This document shows, in pieces, positions 37,639 through 51,826 of a DNA stretch of 64,000 nucleotides (position 1 is its first letter; every line of letters starts with the position of its first letter). Where the stretch lies: assembly GCF_009914755.1 (NCBI RefSeq), contig NC_060929.1; one strand, given 5' to 3'. Source of the stretch: the human T2T-CHM13v2.0 reference genome, Homo sapiens. Made by a program: the position numbers and the translations under genes. A model generated the notes under the pieces. That model did no database searches. It was not told the origin of the DNA and saw only the letters and a program-made list of their open reading frames with translations.

Positions 37639-38082
37639 TGCTGTCATTTGAATAGGGTTGGTTGTTCTCCACCAAAGTGCATTTTGAAATTTGATTCCCA
37701 GCATGTAGGTGTTGGGAGGTGGGGTCTAGTTGGGAGGTGTTTGGGTTGTGGGGGTGGATCCCTGATGGATGGCTTGGTGCTGTGATCCTAGTAGTGAGTT
37801 CCCACTCTCACAAGACTGGATTACTTCCCTTGGGAATGGATTTGTTCCTGTGAGAGTGGATTGTAATAGAGCCAGTGTGCCCCTCAGGTTTCCCTCTCTT
37901 CACATGAGTTCATTTCCCCTTTGGCCTTCACCATGTTGTGACACAGCACGAAAGCCCTTGCAAGAAACCAGGGCTATGGCCTTGAACTTCTCAGCCTGCA
38001 GAACCATGAGCTAAATTAATCTCTATTCTTTACTAATTACCCAGTCAAAGGTATTCCTTTAGAGCAACACAAAACAGACAGA
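37639..38082 (+). mobile_element. MaLR LTR, MST family (MSTB2/MSTC-like)
   Basis: tgaaatttgattccca...tgggaggtgtttgggttgtgggggtggatccc...ttgaacttctcagcctgcagaaccatgagc...aattacccagtc...ggtattcctttagagcaacacaaaacagac. Confidence 0.88.
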
Positions 38083-39960
38083 GAGAGAGAGGCAGGATGC
38101 TTAGTGCTGAGGGTCCGACTTTGTATCATCCTACATTTTTCGTTCACATTGGCATCACAAATAGAAATGGAGAAAATAAGTATGATTGCTGCAGCTAAAT
38201 CTGACAAACTGTCACCTACCTACACCATTTCTACACCATGTAATCTCACATAACGTCCACAAATGTCCTGTGCCTATTAGCATTTTAAAGGGCTTTGTGG
38301 CCATTATACTCTCGCTTTGGAGCTAGGGATGTTTCATTATCCTCAATTAAAACTCTCTCAGAAGCAAGATTGGCAAGCATTTATTTATATATTTTCCTTA
38401 GAGGCAACATGGGAGGCATGGATTCTGTAAAGGAGGCAGGGTGCTGTTCTGTGCTGCATCAAGAGGCGATGCTAGTTTGGAATAACTCTCCTAATGTGAA
38501 GCTATCCCCATTAAAACATAAACCATAATTGTGGAAAGCAATTTGCTCAGTAGCAGAGAACTAACAGGGTTTCTTATTGTGATTCAATAACAAGGGAGCA
38601 TGGAGATGCAATGCTGAAAATGCTCCCCAAACTCTTTTAATTTTCTTGAAGTGTAATTTTCTTCTGTGAAACCAATGTGAAAAGCTGAAATCATTTCTAT
38701 TATACTCAGAAGCAAGATGTATATACATTTCCTGTAAATTAACATTTCCAACTTCAGTAAACTTAAACACTCTTCCATTTGTCTGTTTCAAAATGTGGAT
38801 TAATAAAAACTTGAAACCATGACACTGCCGATAAACAGTGAAAGCAAATCCACAGCTAGGTCACAAGTTGATGTACTTAAATTTCTAATCAGTTTTGTCA
38901 TGCTTTATACAGCTGCTTCTCTTTCACTAACAATTGATTACAGTTCAATAATGATTATATACCAACATGAGAGGTTGATAAATATTAATAATATTTTAAA
39001 AATCAATAACATTATTAAGAGAATCCTTCCTATAGAATATGGTCAAAATCAATAATAGCATATAAATATATCAGATGCTGAGATATTGCATACTGTATGC
39101 TACTAAAGTCAAAATCAATAGTAACAATCAGGAGATCTATTATTTTATTACTTATACTTAACATAAGTAGATATTCGATCTGTACAATACTATTTCTTTT
39201 ATTAGGCATAACATGGATCAAGGAAACGAAAGGAGCCATAAATGGTTCTAATAAATTTATAAAAACATTTATTTGTTAAAAATTTGCAGCTAGCCCATTT
39301 CTTTTTATAGCATTATCCACTAGTGAAGGACAAGAAATAGAAATATCTTTTTAAAAAAAATTCCTATTTTTAATCATAGTGCTCAATAGTGGCACATGCA
39401 ATGGCTTGAGATCTGTGGTGCATCCAGGGGATAACAGATGCCTCAGAAGCATTACCACATCTTCCCCCCCGCCTATCCCCAGCCCCGTGGGCTGCATTTT
39501 GTTGTGACTCCTGTGTGCTTTTCTAAGACGTGTTTGCTTCACAGCTGGTGAATGGACACTTTCCATCACTTCACCTCTTGGCAACAGATGCCTCTCAGTT
39601 AGGCACAGATGCTGAGTGTCCACCCATCCCTAACATTAGCCTTGCGTTCTGGACTAATTGGGCCAACAGAGTTGCAATTAAGATTTGAATAATTAGATAA
39701 CGGACATGATTACTTTTGTAATTAATCCTCATACTGAGTCATCATGATCATGTCTGGGGTGATGACCACTGGCTTATACCTAATTCAAATAGAGGTAGTG
39801 AGTATTAAAAGCAAAGCATTAGCAAAAATACTCCCTCACTTCTCCTCTAGAAAAAATAAATATGACACTACATATAGACACACAATTTTCATTTTTCAAG
39901 TACATTTTACAGTGATCTGTTGGATGATGAGAACTCATTTCAATTTAATTCATGCCTCCA

Positions 39961-39968
39961 TCTGTCTG

Positions 39969-40016
<48 letters not shown>
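39961..40016. repeat. Tetranucleotide STR [TCTG]2[TCTA]12
   Basis: Direct count. Confidence 0.97.
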
Positions 40017-40018
<2 letters not shown>

Positions 40019-40379
40019 CTCTATCCATCTTTTTTTCCCAAAGACTTCCACTTTGGCTTCTGCACTGTTTTGGAACTGTGACCTATATTTTAAAATGAGT
40101 GTTTTCTTTCCTTTTTCAAAAATTTACCATATCATAAAAACAAATACATAGAAACAAACTGAAGTTGACCCCTCTCCCTTCTCTTGTCTACAAAAAAGCC
40201 ACAGATGTTAGAATTTCTTATGGTTTGGCTGTGAGTTCCTCCTCTTATCTCTACTCTTTCCAAATACTGTCCATATCTGTGACTCCTAGAATGTCATCTG
40301 GTAGGAGTGTGGTGCGAAAAGACATCTAAAGCCAACAGTGCCTAGCAGACCTGCCAGAGCTCTTGTCTCTGCAGAACCC

Positions 40380-41050
40380 TCTCAGAAGCCTGTTGACTTC
40401 AATTAATCTTCTCAATGAAAGGATCAATCAGCTCCGTAAATCAGGGTCTCAGACTCATCCCTGACTACACACTCCCACAACTGGCGCATGCCAATCTGTT
40501 GCCAAATGAAGTTCACTTTTCTCTTTAAATGTTACTCAACTCCCACCACTATGTATTTCGCTCCCTTGCCTCAATGTGGGAGTATCGTGATATCTTTCTG
40601 AAGTAATGTAATAGTTTTCCTTTCCTATTCCTGTCCCATTCCAAACTTCCTTCTAAATTGGCACAGTCTTCTCTGTATGACTGTGTTCCTTCATCTCTGC
40701 ATTTTAGCTGCTGTAGCTTCTCTCAATCCTAGGAATAAACCAACATCCCAAGTGTTACTACATGGACGCTTCCCTTTGCCTAGAACAGTCTTTCTTCCCT
40801 CTTCATCTAGTAAACTGCACATCCTCAGATCTCTGGCCATCAATTTTCCCAAGAGGTGTTTCTTGTCCCTCTAGACCAAGCCAAGCCCTTCCTTTACACT
40901 CTCTTAAAGCCTCCTTCTCATTTCACTCTTAGCGCTTTCCTCACTTTGTAGTTATATGAGCTTTTTTGTTAATCATTTCAGCTCATAGATACACTGGATC
41001 GACCCAGTTTCTGACACACAAGAGACTCTACACTCTTAAATTAATGAATG
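40380..41050 (+). mobile_element. L2 relic
   Basis: gactcatccctgact...ttccctttgcctagaacagtctttc...ttaaattaatgaatga. Confidence 0.6.
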
Positions 41051-41171
41051 ATAAATGGTGTCATATTGAAAATGGGTTAAACTGTGTGATTCAGCAACTA
41101 AGGATAAAAAGGTTTCAGAAGTAATTACTCAATATTTATTTATAAGTTGTCTATATACACCAATGGTCTTT

Positions 41172-41474
41172 TTTTTTTTTTTTTTTTTGAGACGGAGTCT
41201 CGCTCTGTCGCCCAGGCTGGAGTGCAGTGGCGGGATCTCGGCTCACTGCAAGCTCCGCCTCCCGGGTTCACGTCACGCCATTCTCCTGCCTCAGCCTCCC
41301 AAGTAGCTGGGACTACAGGCGCCCGCCACTACGCCCGGCTAATTTTTTGTATTTTTAGTAGAGACGGGGTTTCACCGTTTTAGCCGGGATGGTCTCGATC
41401 TCCTGACCTCGTGATCCGCCCGCCTCGGCCTCCCAAAGTGCTGGGATTACAGGCGTGAGCCACCGCGCCCGGCC
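41172..41474 (-). mobile_element. AluYa5, full length
   Basis: All five Ya5 diagnostics seen on + strand: ggcGGgatctc, cccAagtagc, ccacTacgcc, ccgtTttagccGggatgg. CpGs intact; perfect 14-bp TSD caccaatggtcttt (41158-41171, 41475-41488). Confidence 0.96.
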
Positions 41475-41542
41475 CACCAATGGTCTTTAAAGAACAGATT
41501 CTTTCATATATGTGTTCATGTATGCCAAAATTAATACTCATG

Positions 41543-41843
41543 TTTTTGTTTGTCTGTTTGTTTGAGACAGAGGCTTGGTCTGTCTCCCAGGCTGGAGTGC
41601 AGTGGCCTGATCTTGGCTCACAGCAACCTCTGCCTCCAGGATTCAAGTGATTCTCCTGACTCAGACTCCCCAGTAGCTAGGATTATAGGAGGGCCACCAT
41701 GCCCAGCTAATTTTTGTTTTTTTGGTAGAGACAAGGCTTCACCATGTTGGCCAGGATGGTCTCAAACTCCTGGCCTCAAGTGATCTGCCTGCCTCGGCTT
41801 CCCAAAGTGCTAGGATTACAGGCATGAGTCACCATGCCTGGCA
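41543..41843 (-). mobile_element. Old Alu (AluJb/Sz-like)
   Basis: Full reverse Alu, CpG-decayed, ctcctggcctcaagtgatc. Confidence 0.92.
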
Positions 41844-41859
41844 GTCAAATATTAATATG

Positions 41860-42680
41860 TGACTGACACAATACAGGTCTTTGAAGATATACACATAATT
41901 AATATGTAGTCTGGGCCTGCAAGGAACTTATAATCTCTCAGGTAATACAAATCTGTAAAGACGAAATTAGGAGCCATGACAAACTAATAAAATAATGAGT
42001 TAACGAGGCTGGTGGCTGGAAATGAGAGAGCGTTTTCTGGTGAATGTAATGTCAGGTTTGGGTTTCAAAGAGAGTAGGAATTAGCCAGACAAGTTACACA
42101 GATGTAGAAGAATAAGAAGGAGAAGAGCAGACACATTTAAGGCCCTATGGACAGCATGGATAAAAGTCACAGAGGTCCACAAGCACCATTAGGGGTGTGT
42201 GTGTGTACATTTGTGCACACAGGCTTATGCATGTGCCTACAAATTATTCACAGTGACTGAAAAGAAAAGAATGGTGAGAGGTAAGGAGGGGTGGGATAAG
42301 CTGGGGGGATGTCAGAGTAGACCTCTTATCCCAGAATAGACTGGGGCTCACTTTGTAGATAACAGAGAGCCATGGAGATTTCATGTAGGTAAGTGATAAG
42401 GTTATATTTGTATTTGAAACAGAACACAGCTGGGGAGGCTACACTTGAAAGGGAAGAGACTGGAGGCCAGAATATTGAAGAGGAGGCTGAGTCCAGGCAA
42501 GAATTTGCTATACTTGCCTGCATAGGCAAGAGTGAAGGCCTGTACTTAAAAGAGGTGCAGTAGGTATGCAGACATGGCTATATAGTTAAGGAAGTCGGAA
42601 AAAAACTGAGATTTGTGATACTGGAATGGAGTGTGGAAAAAAAAATCATAGTTTAGTAAGACACTCAGGTTACAAACATA
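41860..42680 (-). mobile_element. L2 relic
   Basis: gcctgcaaggaacttataatct...gagtaggaattagccag...gagccatggagatttc...gagactggaggc...gacactcaggtt. Confidence 0.75.
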
Positions 42681-43831
42681 CATGCTGGAGAAAACTGCAA
42701 TTTTAACAAATGTATTTTAGCTTCTCTGACTCATGAATCTGAGCCCTACATATGTCTTTTTGTTTGTTTTTGTTTGTTTGTTTGTTTTTGAATACTAAAT
42801 GTTTTGAACACCAATTTGGAGGGCTATAAAGTTTAATGTGAACTAAAGATATCATAACTTCTCAAATTCAGGCTTAATGTTTCTAGGAGTAAACATGTTC
42901 AGAATTCTAACCAAGAGCATAAGGAAATGTAATGACATAACTTTGTTAAAACTAGATTTCGATGTCGTGTTTTTTGAAGCTATGAATGTTAGATGATGGG
43001 GAAACTCCCAGGTCTTTTCTGCTTTACATAACATGTAAGTATTTTTGTCTCTTTTTGCTGGTTACTTTCCTAGGCATTGAGGAGTACAGGTGAATTCATA
43101 TATTACCTCTGGGGTAGGTTTTCACTTTGTGCTGAATGTCAACCTGTTCCTTGAATGGGCATAATTCAGAAAAAAAGCTAATTTGTGTGTTATTATCAGA
43201 AATTATAGTTCATTTTTTATTCTGGCTGTTGTCTTCTTTGAAACTTTTTTCTTTGTAGGTATACAAATTTGGATAAGCAGCCAGATGTATCAGGCAAATT
43301 CTTGGGGAGATCCATGTTTGCACAATTGTTGATGTAGTTGTTTTATAGAAGAAAAACCCACGAGGGTTGCTGAGTCATCAGACTCCACTGTACTCTTTCA
43401 CTGCTGTAGAGAATATAGTAAGAACTTGGTTTGGCTCAGTACAACATACTAGCTCAGTGATAGCCTACGCAAGGTATTATTTAAGACTTACTAATACAAT
43501 TGAATTTATGTAGGATTATCTTCCTTTAATTTTCCTATTAAGAATAACTTAGGGACTGCAAGGGAGAAAGGAATGTTTTATTGAAATAAGTGGACATTAT
43601 CATAGCCAATACTTACAAATGTTAGAATTTGGAAATGAAAATGAGGCTTCTATGTTCAAAACCCAGGATGGAGTCTAGGGCTTTGTCTCTGACACCTCAT
43701 TGGAGATGAGTCCTGTCCTCTGTGCTAGAAGATCTATTTCAGTGCAGTCCTGGTAGGAAAAGAAAGCTGGCCCCTAGCCAATGGTAAATAGGGGTTAACA
43801 GAGATGGAACATTCAGGTACCAGGCTTGTGA

Positions 43832-44239
<408 letters not shown>

Positions 44240-44844
44240 TCCCCACTATTATTTCTTTACTTTATGAAAAAAACTTGCCACTTGGTCTGTCAGTGCAGTG
44301 TGGTCTTAATGAAAAGGACAGGTTCAAGTTGTAAGTAAAAAAGTAATAAAAGGCAATATGTTATTCTTTCCCTGTAGCTACAATTTTGTGAGCAATGGGG
44401 ACCACGGGCATAGGACAGTTTCACCCAGAGGAGCTGTGATCTCCCAAGAGACATCAGCAGTTGTGGTCTTGCCTGGCAGATGGCAGGAGGTCAGAGAGGG
44501 AAACACAAGACTTTTTTTCTAAGAGTATAAGCGGGCACCTTGGGAGTTTCACAAATAGCCAGGAGAGAAATCAAATGACTCAGGGGCAGCAATCAAGGCA
44601 GTGATCCTGAGCTATCATAAAGGTGTCAGTTGATGAAAATAGGACCTGATGATATTATCCCAAGCCTAGAAATATGGGTTGCCATAGGTTCTTGATAAAA
44701 GTTAGTTTTCTGTCCTCTAGGTAGACAGAGGCTTTTTAAACTTGAAATTATTAGGGAGATTTGAGACCAAGGTCGTAGCTAGAATCAGTGACAGGGCAAT
44801 GTCAGTGAAATATTGGGACTTGGGCTATCCAGTTGCTGAAATAA

Positions 44845-45085
44845 TAATAACCTCCTCAGCAGTAGTGTGCTTGCTGTAAGCCAGGTGCTTCACTAAGCAC
44901 ATTTATTATAGTATCTCATTATATAACTACCTGTTAATATTGTCTGTGTTATGCTATGAAAGGAAATCAGAGCATTAAAGAGTGACAAAAATTGTCTAAA
45001 GCTACATAGGTAGTAAGTGGTAGACTCAGATTGAAATGTCAATGTGTTGAATTGTAAATGCCATTCTTTTAACCATTATGCCTTT
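44845..45085 (-). mobile_element. MIR relic
   Basis: tgcttgctgtaagccaggtgct...aaggaaatcagagca...tagtaagtggtagactcagattgaaa...tttaaccattatgc. Confidence 0.75.
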
Positions 45086-45675
45086 CCAATTCTACTTTAC
45101 AAACTTGGATGTGCTGGTAACACTGTTAAGGTTGGGAAAGCCAAAGGAAAAACAATTATTATTTTTCCTTTGAAAAATTGTTATTTGTCATTCATTAAGA
45201 TGGGTGCTTTCTCCTACTTTACCTCATTTAATTCTCAATACAATGAATAAGAAAATATAATATGTGTATTTATACCTTTTAAACACACAGAAGCAAAGGA
45301 TTCTCCAACTCTCACTCTATTGCCACCAAATTTATTTCTTATGGGGATTTCTCTTTCTCTACAATCCTCTGCAAAAGAGAGCATGTTTTGCCATTTTCTC
45401 TCCTTTATTTCTTGTTCCTAAATTTAGCTCAATATGAGGGAATAAAAGCCTGGTGTGAAAAACTCTTTTTTCCTAGGTGGCATCTCTCCTCCCTCTCTTT
45501 CTTTCTCTCTTTCATTTTCTCAGTTTCAACCTATTAGTAGCAATAATTTTTTAAAAGAGTCATATATACATATTAATCACAGAATTTAACCTAGATGTTT
45601 ACATAGATTTAAATAAGAACGTTCTACACGTCTTCATTTCTCTATCCTATATTACAGAAGTTTTGGTAGAAATAG

Positions 45676-46050
<375 letters not shown>

Positions 46051-46547
46051 TGTATGTAATCTTTTATTCATTTTACAGAGATCATTAGAATTTTCTCTCC
46101 TGCTTTCTCATGCACTCCATTCCAGGTGACATCCTATAAACAAGCCACATATACAGTGAGAAACTGCCTACGCTGAGTTGACCTCAAGTAGGTAGAAGGC
46201 TTTACACAGCTTCAAAAGTCCCTCATTTGCTCTCATCAAAAAAGGATATCTGCAAGGGGACTAGAGACATTTATTCTAACATGTGCATCAGGACTCAAAC
46301 AACTTCTGAGGTGTCCTCAGGCACCCGGAGGGCTCTATTGTCCTACTTCTCCTTGTTGCCTGTGTTCTCCTTTCAATCTCAGCCTGAAGTTCTTGTGGCT
46401 TTGGGACATCACTGTAGCTCCTTGTTGGGTATTCTCTCCCTTTAATTATTTCATGCGATAGATCTTGCTTCTTTTCCCCAAGGAAAGGGATTCAGAGTGG
46501 GTCAGTCGAATTTCTTAATCCTCAATCAGACAAAAAAGTAGATCATG

Positions 46548-46678
46548 AAAAATAATTGATGGGTGTTAGGCTTAATATCTGGGTGATGAAACAATCTGTA
46601 CAGCAAACTCTCATGATACAAGTTTACCTACATAAACCTGCACTTCTACCCCTGAACTTAAAATAAGAGTTAAAAAAT
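46548..46678 (+). mobile_element. L1PA 3' terminal fragment
   Basis: taggcttaatatctgggtgatgaaacaatctgtacagcaaac...caagtttaccta...aacctgcac...cccctgaacttaaaataa. Confidence 0.88.
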
Positions 46679-46770
46679 AGATTATGATAAGATTTTCATT
46701 AATAAGAAACTGTTTGTTGCATTTCTAACACAGGGGCCTTCAATACCTCAACTTAAAGAATGGAAAGAAT

Positions 46771-47086
46771 AGCCGGGTGCAGCGGCTCATGCCTGTAATC
46801 CCAGCACTTTGGGAGGCCAAAGGGGGAGGATCATGAGGTCAGGAGATCGAGTCCATCCTGGCTAACACAGTGAAACCCTGTCTCTACTAAAAATACAAAA
46901 AAAAAATTAGCTGGGCGTGGTGGCAGGTGCCTGTAGTCCCAGCTACTTGGGAGGCTGAGGCAGGAGAATGGTGTGAACCCGGGAGGCGAGCTTGCAGTGA
47001 GCCAAGAGTCCGCCACTGCACTCCAGCCTGGGCAACAGAGCGAGACACCGTCTCAAAATAAATAAATAAATACATAAATAAACAAA
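46771..47086 (+). mobile_element. AluY
   Basis: aggagatcgag, ggctaacac, gagaatgg, gagcttgcag; (TAAA)n tail; TSD aaagaatggaaagaat on both sides. Confidence 0.95.
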
Positions 47087-50000
47087 AAAGAATGGAAAGA
47101 ATATTGGCAAGGTAGATTTTGCCAGAGAGTATCAGTGAGATGCTTTTAAAGAGAAGCAGCTTTAAGCAGCATTGTTTCTTTTCTGATTAGTCAGCTCTTC
47201 TGTTTTATTCTAAATTAGCTTTCATTGCTTTTTGTGAAGATCAGTTATTGGTAAGGACTCCTTATTGCATTTTCCTAATCTGAAACTATGATGTTATTAT
47301 CACTTGTTCCTAAAATACATCTATACCATAAAAAGTTTGGGGCAATTACTTTATTTCTGGCTCAATGTCTCCCAAGATGATCTCAAACACAAAATCATTA
47401 CTGTTAATATTTATAAAGTCTCTCAAAAAGTATGAATTTTTCTAATTTATAAATTTGTATGCTTCTTGCAGAAAATCCTTAAACCTTTCTTATTTTTTTC
47501 TTTTCTTATGTATGAGTGTGAAATCAATTTGAAAGTTATAAAAGGCTTTACATGGTGCTCTTCACTTGCAAATTGGTGGGACAACATTCATTATGATAAA
47601 AATAACAGTAAAATAAGTATGATTTTATTCACAACAATATTATTCTTAATCATATTTAAAAGAATAAAAAGATAATTTACTTATAATTACAACAAAGTTC
47701 TTAGCAAACCATGCAGAATAACTTTTTTCATTACTAAAATATCATAGTGTGCGTCTGGGTGAATGTCTCTATGTAATTACCATCTGTGTCAGGGTGTTCA
47801 TTTCTAGCACTTCAGTAGTCTCTCTTTTGTACTTCTGTCAGTCACCCCAAAAACGTACTGATAGTGTTGGCTAAATGAATAATGCAATAACACTTTTATT
47901 CTACTTGCATTTTATGTAATAACTAATAATGTTAAAAAAATGCTTCAGATTTATTTTACACACCAAATAAGCATATCGTATAAACATGTTACATACATGA
48001 TAGTTATGTTATCTGACAATGTTAGAAACAGGCATTTCTGACACTCTTCAATATTTTCATTTTTATGTAGGAATCGTAACAAATGCCTAAGGAACTTAAT
48101 GTCTACAAAACTATTTCTGCTGTTTAAAAGATACCTAGCAACTGGAATGTTAAATTTGCTCTATTTGTATAAGTAGTTATGCTGTTGTCAGATTGAGATG
48201 AGTAACTCCAGGACCTATGAAAACTCTACTTTCTATTCCTACATGACTTCAACAATTCTGCTCTATCTAGTAAGTGATTTATGCACAAAACTCAAGGCAG
48301 GTATTTGAATGCATCTTACACTTTCATTGGTAATGGCTTTATGTGGACAAAAATGCTATCAATTCTGAATTTTCCTTTCGGAATGCAAAACCTATGAAAC
48401 ATTTCAATAAATATAACACAAGCAGAATCACCCTCTTTACCAATCCTCAAGATTTTGAAATGTTTAACAAACCCGACATTTTTTATTTTTATTTATTTAT
48501 TTATTTATTTAGTAAAAAAAGCAGATAGGAAAATTCGGCCTATTTTTTGTACTTAGTATGGGTCACTAGAGAGATAGAGAGAGTGAATGGTCTTTCAATA
48601 ACCTCAAACTACAATGTGTTCAAAAGGGGAAATTGGAGAGGCACATGAACTTGAATTCTGATAATAGAGAAAGTGCCAGAGCACCCAGCTCTGCACCTGC
48701 GAGTACAGAATTCTTAAAACAAGGAAATGCTTACTCAGATTCCTCCAAATATGGAACAAACCACTTGGGGAAGCAACACATTTTAACTTTACTGGTTCTT
48801 TTCAAAATAAGATCACCAAACTTCTTGAATAGGACACTAATACAATAGACACACAAACAAAACCAAAGACAACGAAGAGACTCTATGTTGATACATGTGT
48901 GGCTACTTAGTCATGAGGGTTAGATAACTCAGGAGTCTGTAAAAACTAGACTAGAAAAGACCAGGAGAGGCGTGAGGGTGGGAGATGGCTGGTAGCTTCC
49001 TAAGTTCATATGTTGTTTAAGACCAAGGGTAATGTAAACACTATCACACAACAAGCTTTAACTTTGTTAAAAGAATCAGTGTGAAGCATTCATCGCTTTA
49101 ACTAAATTTTTGTGTTAACTGTTTTCATTCCCCGCTGCTTACCTCTGGGCTGAGTTCCTCTTTTCATGCCTGCAGATCAGAGCATAATTGGACCTGCTCT
49201 TTTTCCCTAAAATATTCTCAAGAACAAAATGGCTTAGCATCCCATAGAGAAAAACATTCCTGATGTTTAATTATACTTCTCAGTAGATGTAGAATTGTGG
49301 GATATTAAACTTGTTTACTTTTTGTTTGACAAGAGATATGTCTCTATTATTTTTCTATTATGTTCCCCCTTGGACACTAGTCACAACATTTTTCTTTGCA
49401 TTCTTTTTCTCTCTGCCTTTCAGATGTTTGCCTTTAGGGGCACTGACAAAAACCATTTTATTTGGTGGATCTGCATTAGAAATCACTTCTTTTCCTGACA
49501 AGCTATTTAAAATGTCACTTGTGCCTTGTGAAGGCTTTTAGAAAAATACAGAGACCTGGACCCAGATGACCCAAACTGTGTTTCTGCAAGGATTGCAATT
49601 TCCTTTTGAGGATTATGGTTCCAGGGAAGATTGCTTCTAAATATCTGTGAGAGAAATACTTTCCAGAATTATTGCTGTTGTTTACTCTATATTGATTTTT
49701 AGAGTATTTTACCTCACTTCATATAAAGGACAAATAATAAAATATCATTTAATTATTGTAATATTAAATATAACAGTGTAATTATTTCTCAAACACAAGA
49801 GATCAAAGTGTATCTCTTCAGGATGTGCTTTTTGACTACTGATTATCAAGTACAACATAGCCAATTTCAGTTGTTTGTTCTACCAATTACACTTCTCTGA
49901 AGATCAAAAAGCCGGAGAATAGGAATTAGTGTAGCTCCCCTATACTAAATATCATCCAGTTATGAAATACAAAGCTATAAGAGTGGTGCTTTTGAAGAAA

Positions 50001-50384
50001 ATTGACGTGTGAGTTAAAATATGCATGTTCATTGATCACAAATGGATGAGAAATGTCACCCAGTTATTACATAGAAAAGAGCTGATTGAAAATAGGTGAC
50101 CTTTACCAAACGTGTGTGAACAATTTCCACTGTTCATTAAAGTACAAGATATCTACATCATCCATAAGGTGGATATGATGTTGGAAATGCATTAAACAGA
50201 TTTCAGTGGTTACTACCATGATAAGTGTTTTGAACTAATCTAATTGTTACTATACTTTGTGTTCTCTGACATTTCATCAAGGGGACGTAGGGAAGCAAAA
50301 TTCTTTTCAGAATGTCATGAATTTAATTGCCCAAGTAGAAGGAAGAAGCATTGGCTTATGAATAAATAACTATATTTTTAATTT

Positions 50385-50770
50385 GAAGAAGATCACTAAC
50401 TATTCTTTTTACAAAGCATTTGGGCACATAAGTGCCTGTCACTGGGAATATAGTAGTGAATGACACAGGCATAGAACCTGCCATCAAAGAGTTTGAAGTG
50501 TGGCATTATTCAATGATGTAATGAGTTCTGTGATTGGATTATAAGGGACATAGAGTGTGCTATGGAAACTGATAGAAGAAACATTTGCACTCCACTTGTA
50601 GGGGCCAAAAAACACTTGTATGAAATGTATCTTGAGTTCTGAAGGACAATAGATCTAGTCAGACAAAAAGTCAACTTACTGTGACAGACAGCAAACATGA
50701 AATCTCAGACATAGGAACCAAATGATAGCAACCATGGCTGGGTCATAGACTGCTTGAGATTAGGAAAAAG
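50385..50770 (-). mobile_element. L2 relic
   Basis: cactgggaatatagtagtgaatgacacaggcatagaacctgccatcaaagagttt. Confidence 0.7.
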
Positions 50771-50809
50771 CAGATATGATGCAGCATCCAAACCTCACAT
50801 TGAAATGGA

Positions 50810-51287
50810 TGCAGCCATATTCACCATATAAAGATGTGGAATCAACCTAAGTTTCCATATCTTAAGATATCCAAGATACGGAATCAATCCATCACAAAAT
50901 GACTGGATAAAGAAATGTGGTGTATATACAAAACGGAATACTATTCACACATAAACAAGAATTAAATCATGTCTTTTGTGGCAACATGGATAGAACTGGA
51001 GGCCATTATCTTACGTGAAATAACTCAGAAACAGACAAATACCGCATGTTCTCACTTATAAGTAGGCACTAAATAATGTGTACAAATGAACATAGATTAT
51101 GAAATGATACACACTGAAGACTCAGAGCTTGGGGGATGGAAAAGTGTGAGGGAGGATAAATAACTTAATGGGTACAATGTATATTATTTGAGTGATGGAT
51201 ACACTAAAATGCCAGACTTCACCCTATGCAATATATATTGCATATAACAAAATTGTACTTGTACCCCTTAAATATATATAAAAAAAT
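50810..51287 (+). mobile_element. L1 3' end (L1MA2/3-like)
   Basis: gcaacatggatagaactggaggccattatct...cgcatgttctcacttataagt...ttaatgggtacaatgta...ccagacttcacc...tgtaccccttaaa. Confidence 0.92.
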
Positions 51288-51704
51288 GGGTGTCCAGTGG
51301 GGGTTTTAATTATGTCTTTAAAAAGCAGGGAAACTACAAGAGAAGCCTTAACATGGGGGTAATAGGGCAAGCTTGTATTCAGAGATATCAATTTTCTGTC
51401 AGTATATGGCATTATCTTGTGTAGAAAAGGAATATGGTAACGCGGCCATAAGGCAAGTGACAGATGAAGGTGATAAGAACTGTGGGGAAACAATGATGGA
51501 AAGCCAGGGGAGAGAAAGTTAGAAGGCAGGATTGAAAGGACCACATGTTAATTGGATCTGTGGGAAGTCAGAAGTGGGAAGGCAAAGATGTTTGCTGGAT
51601 TCCTAACTTGACACATTGGGTGGATTAGAGTGCCACTTACTGAGACGGTAAAGAGAGAAGACATAGAAAAGGTTTTGAGGCGAGATTAGGGAATGCACTG
51701 ATAT

Positions 51705-51826
51705 CTCCCTCCCTCTGCCCCTCCCTCCCTCTCTTTTCCTCCCTCCCTCCCTACTTTCCTTCCTTCCTTCCTTCCTTCCTTCCTTCCTTCCTTCCTTCCT
51801 TCCTTCCTTCCTTCCTTCCTTCTTTC
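51705..51826. repeat. (CCCT)n/(TTCC)n microsatellite
   Basis: Direct read; homopyrimidine tract. Confidence 0.95.
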
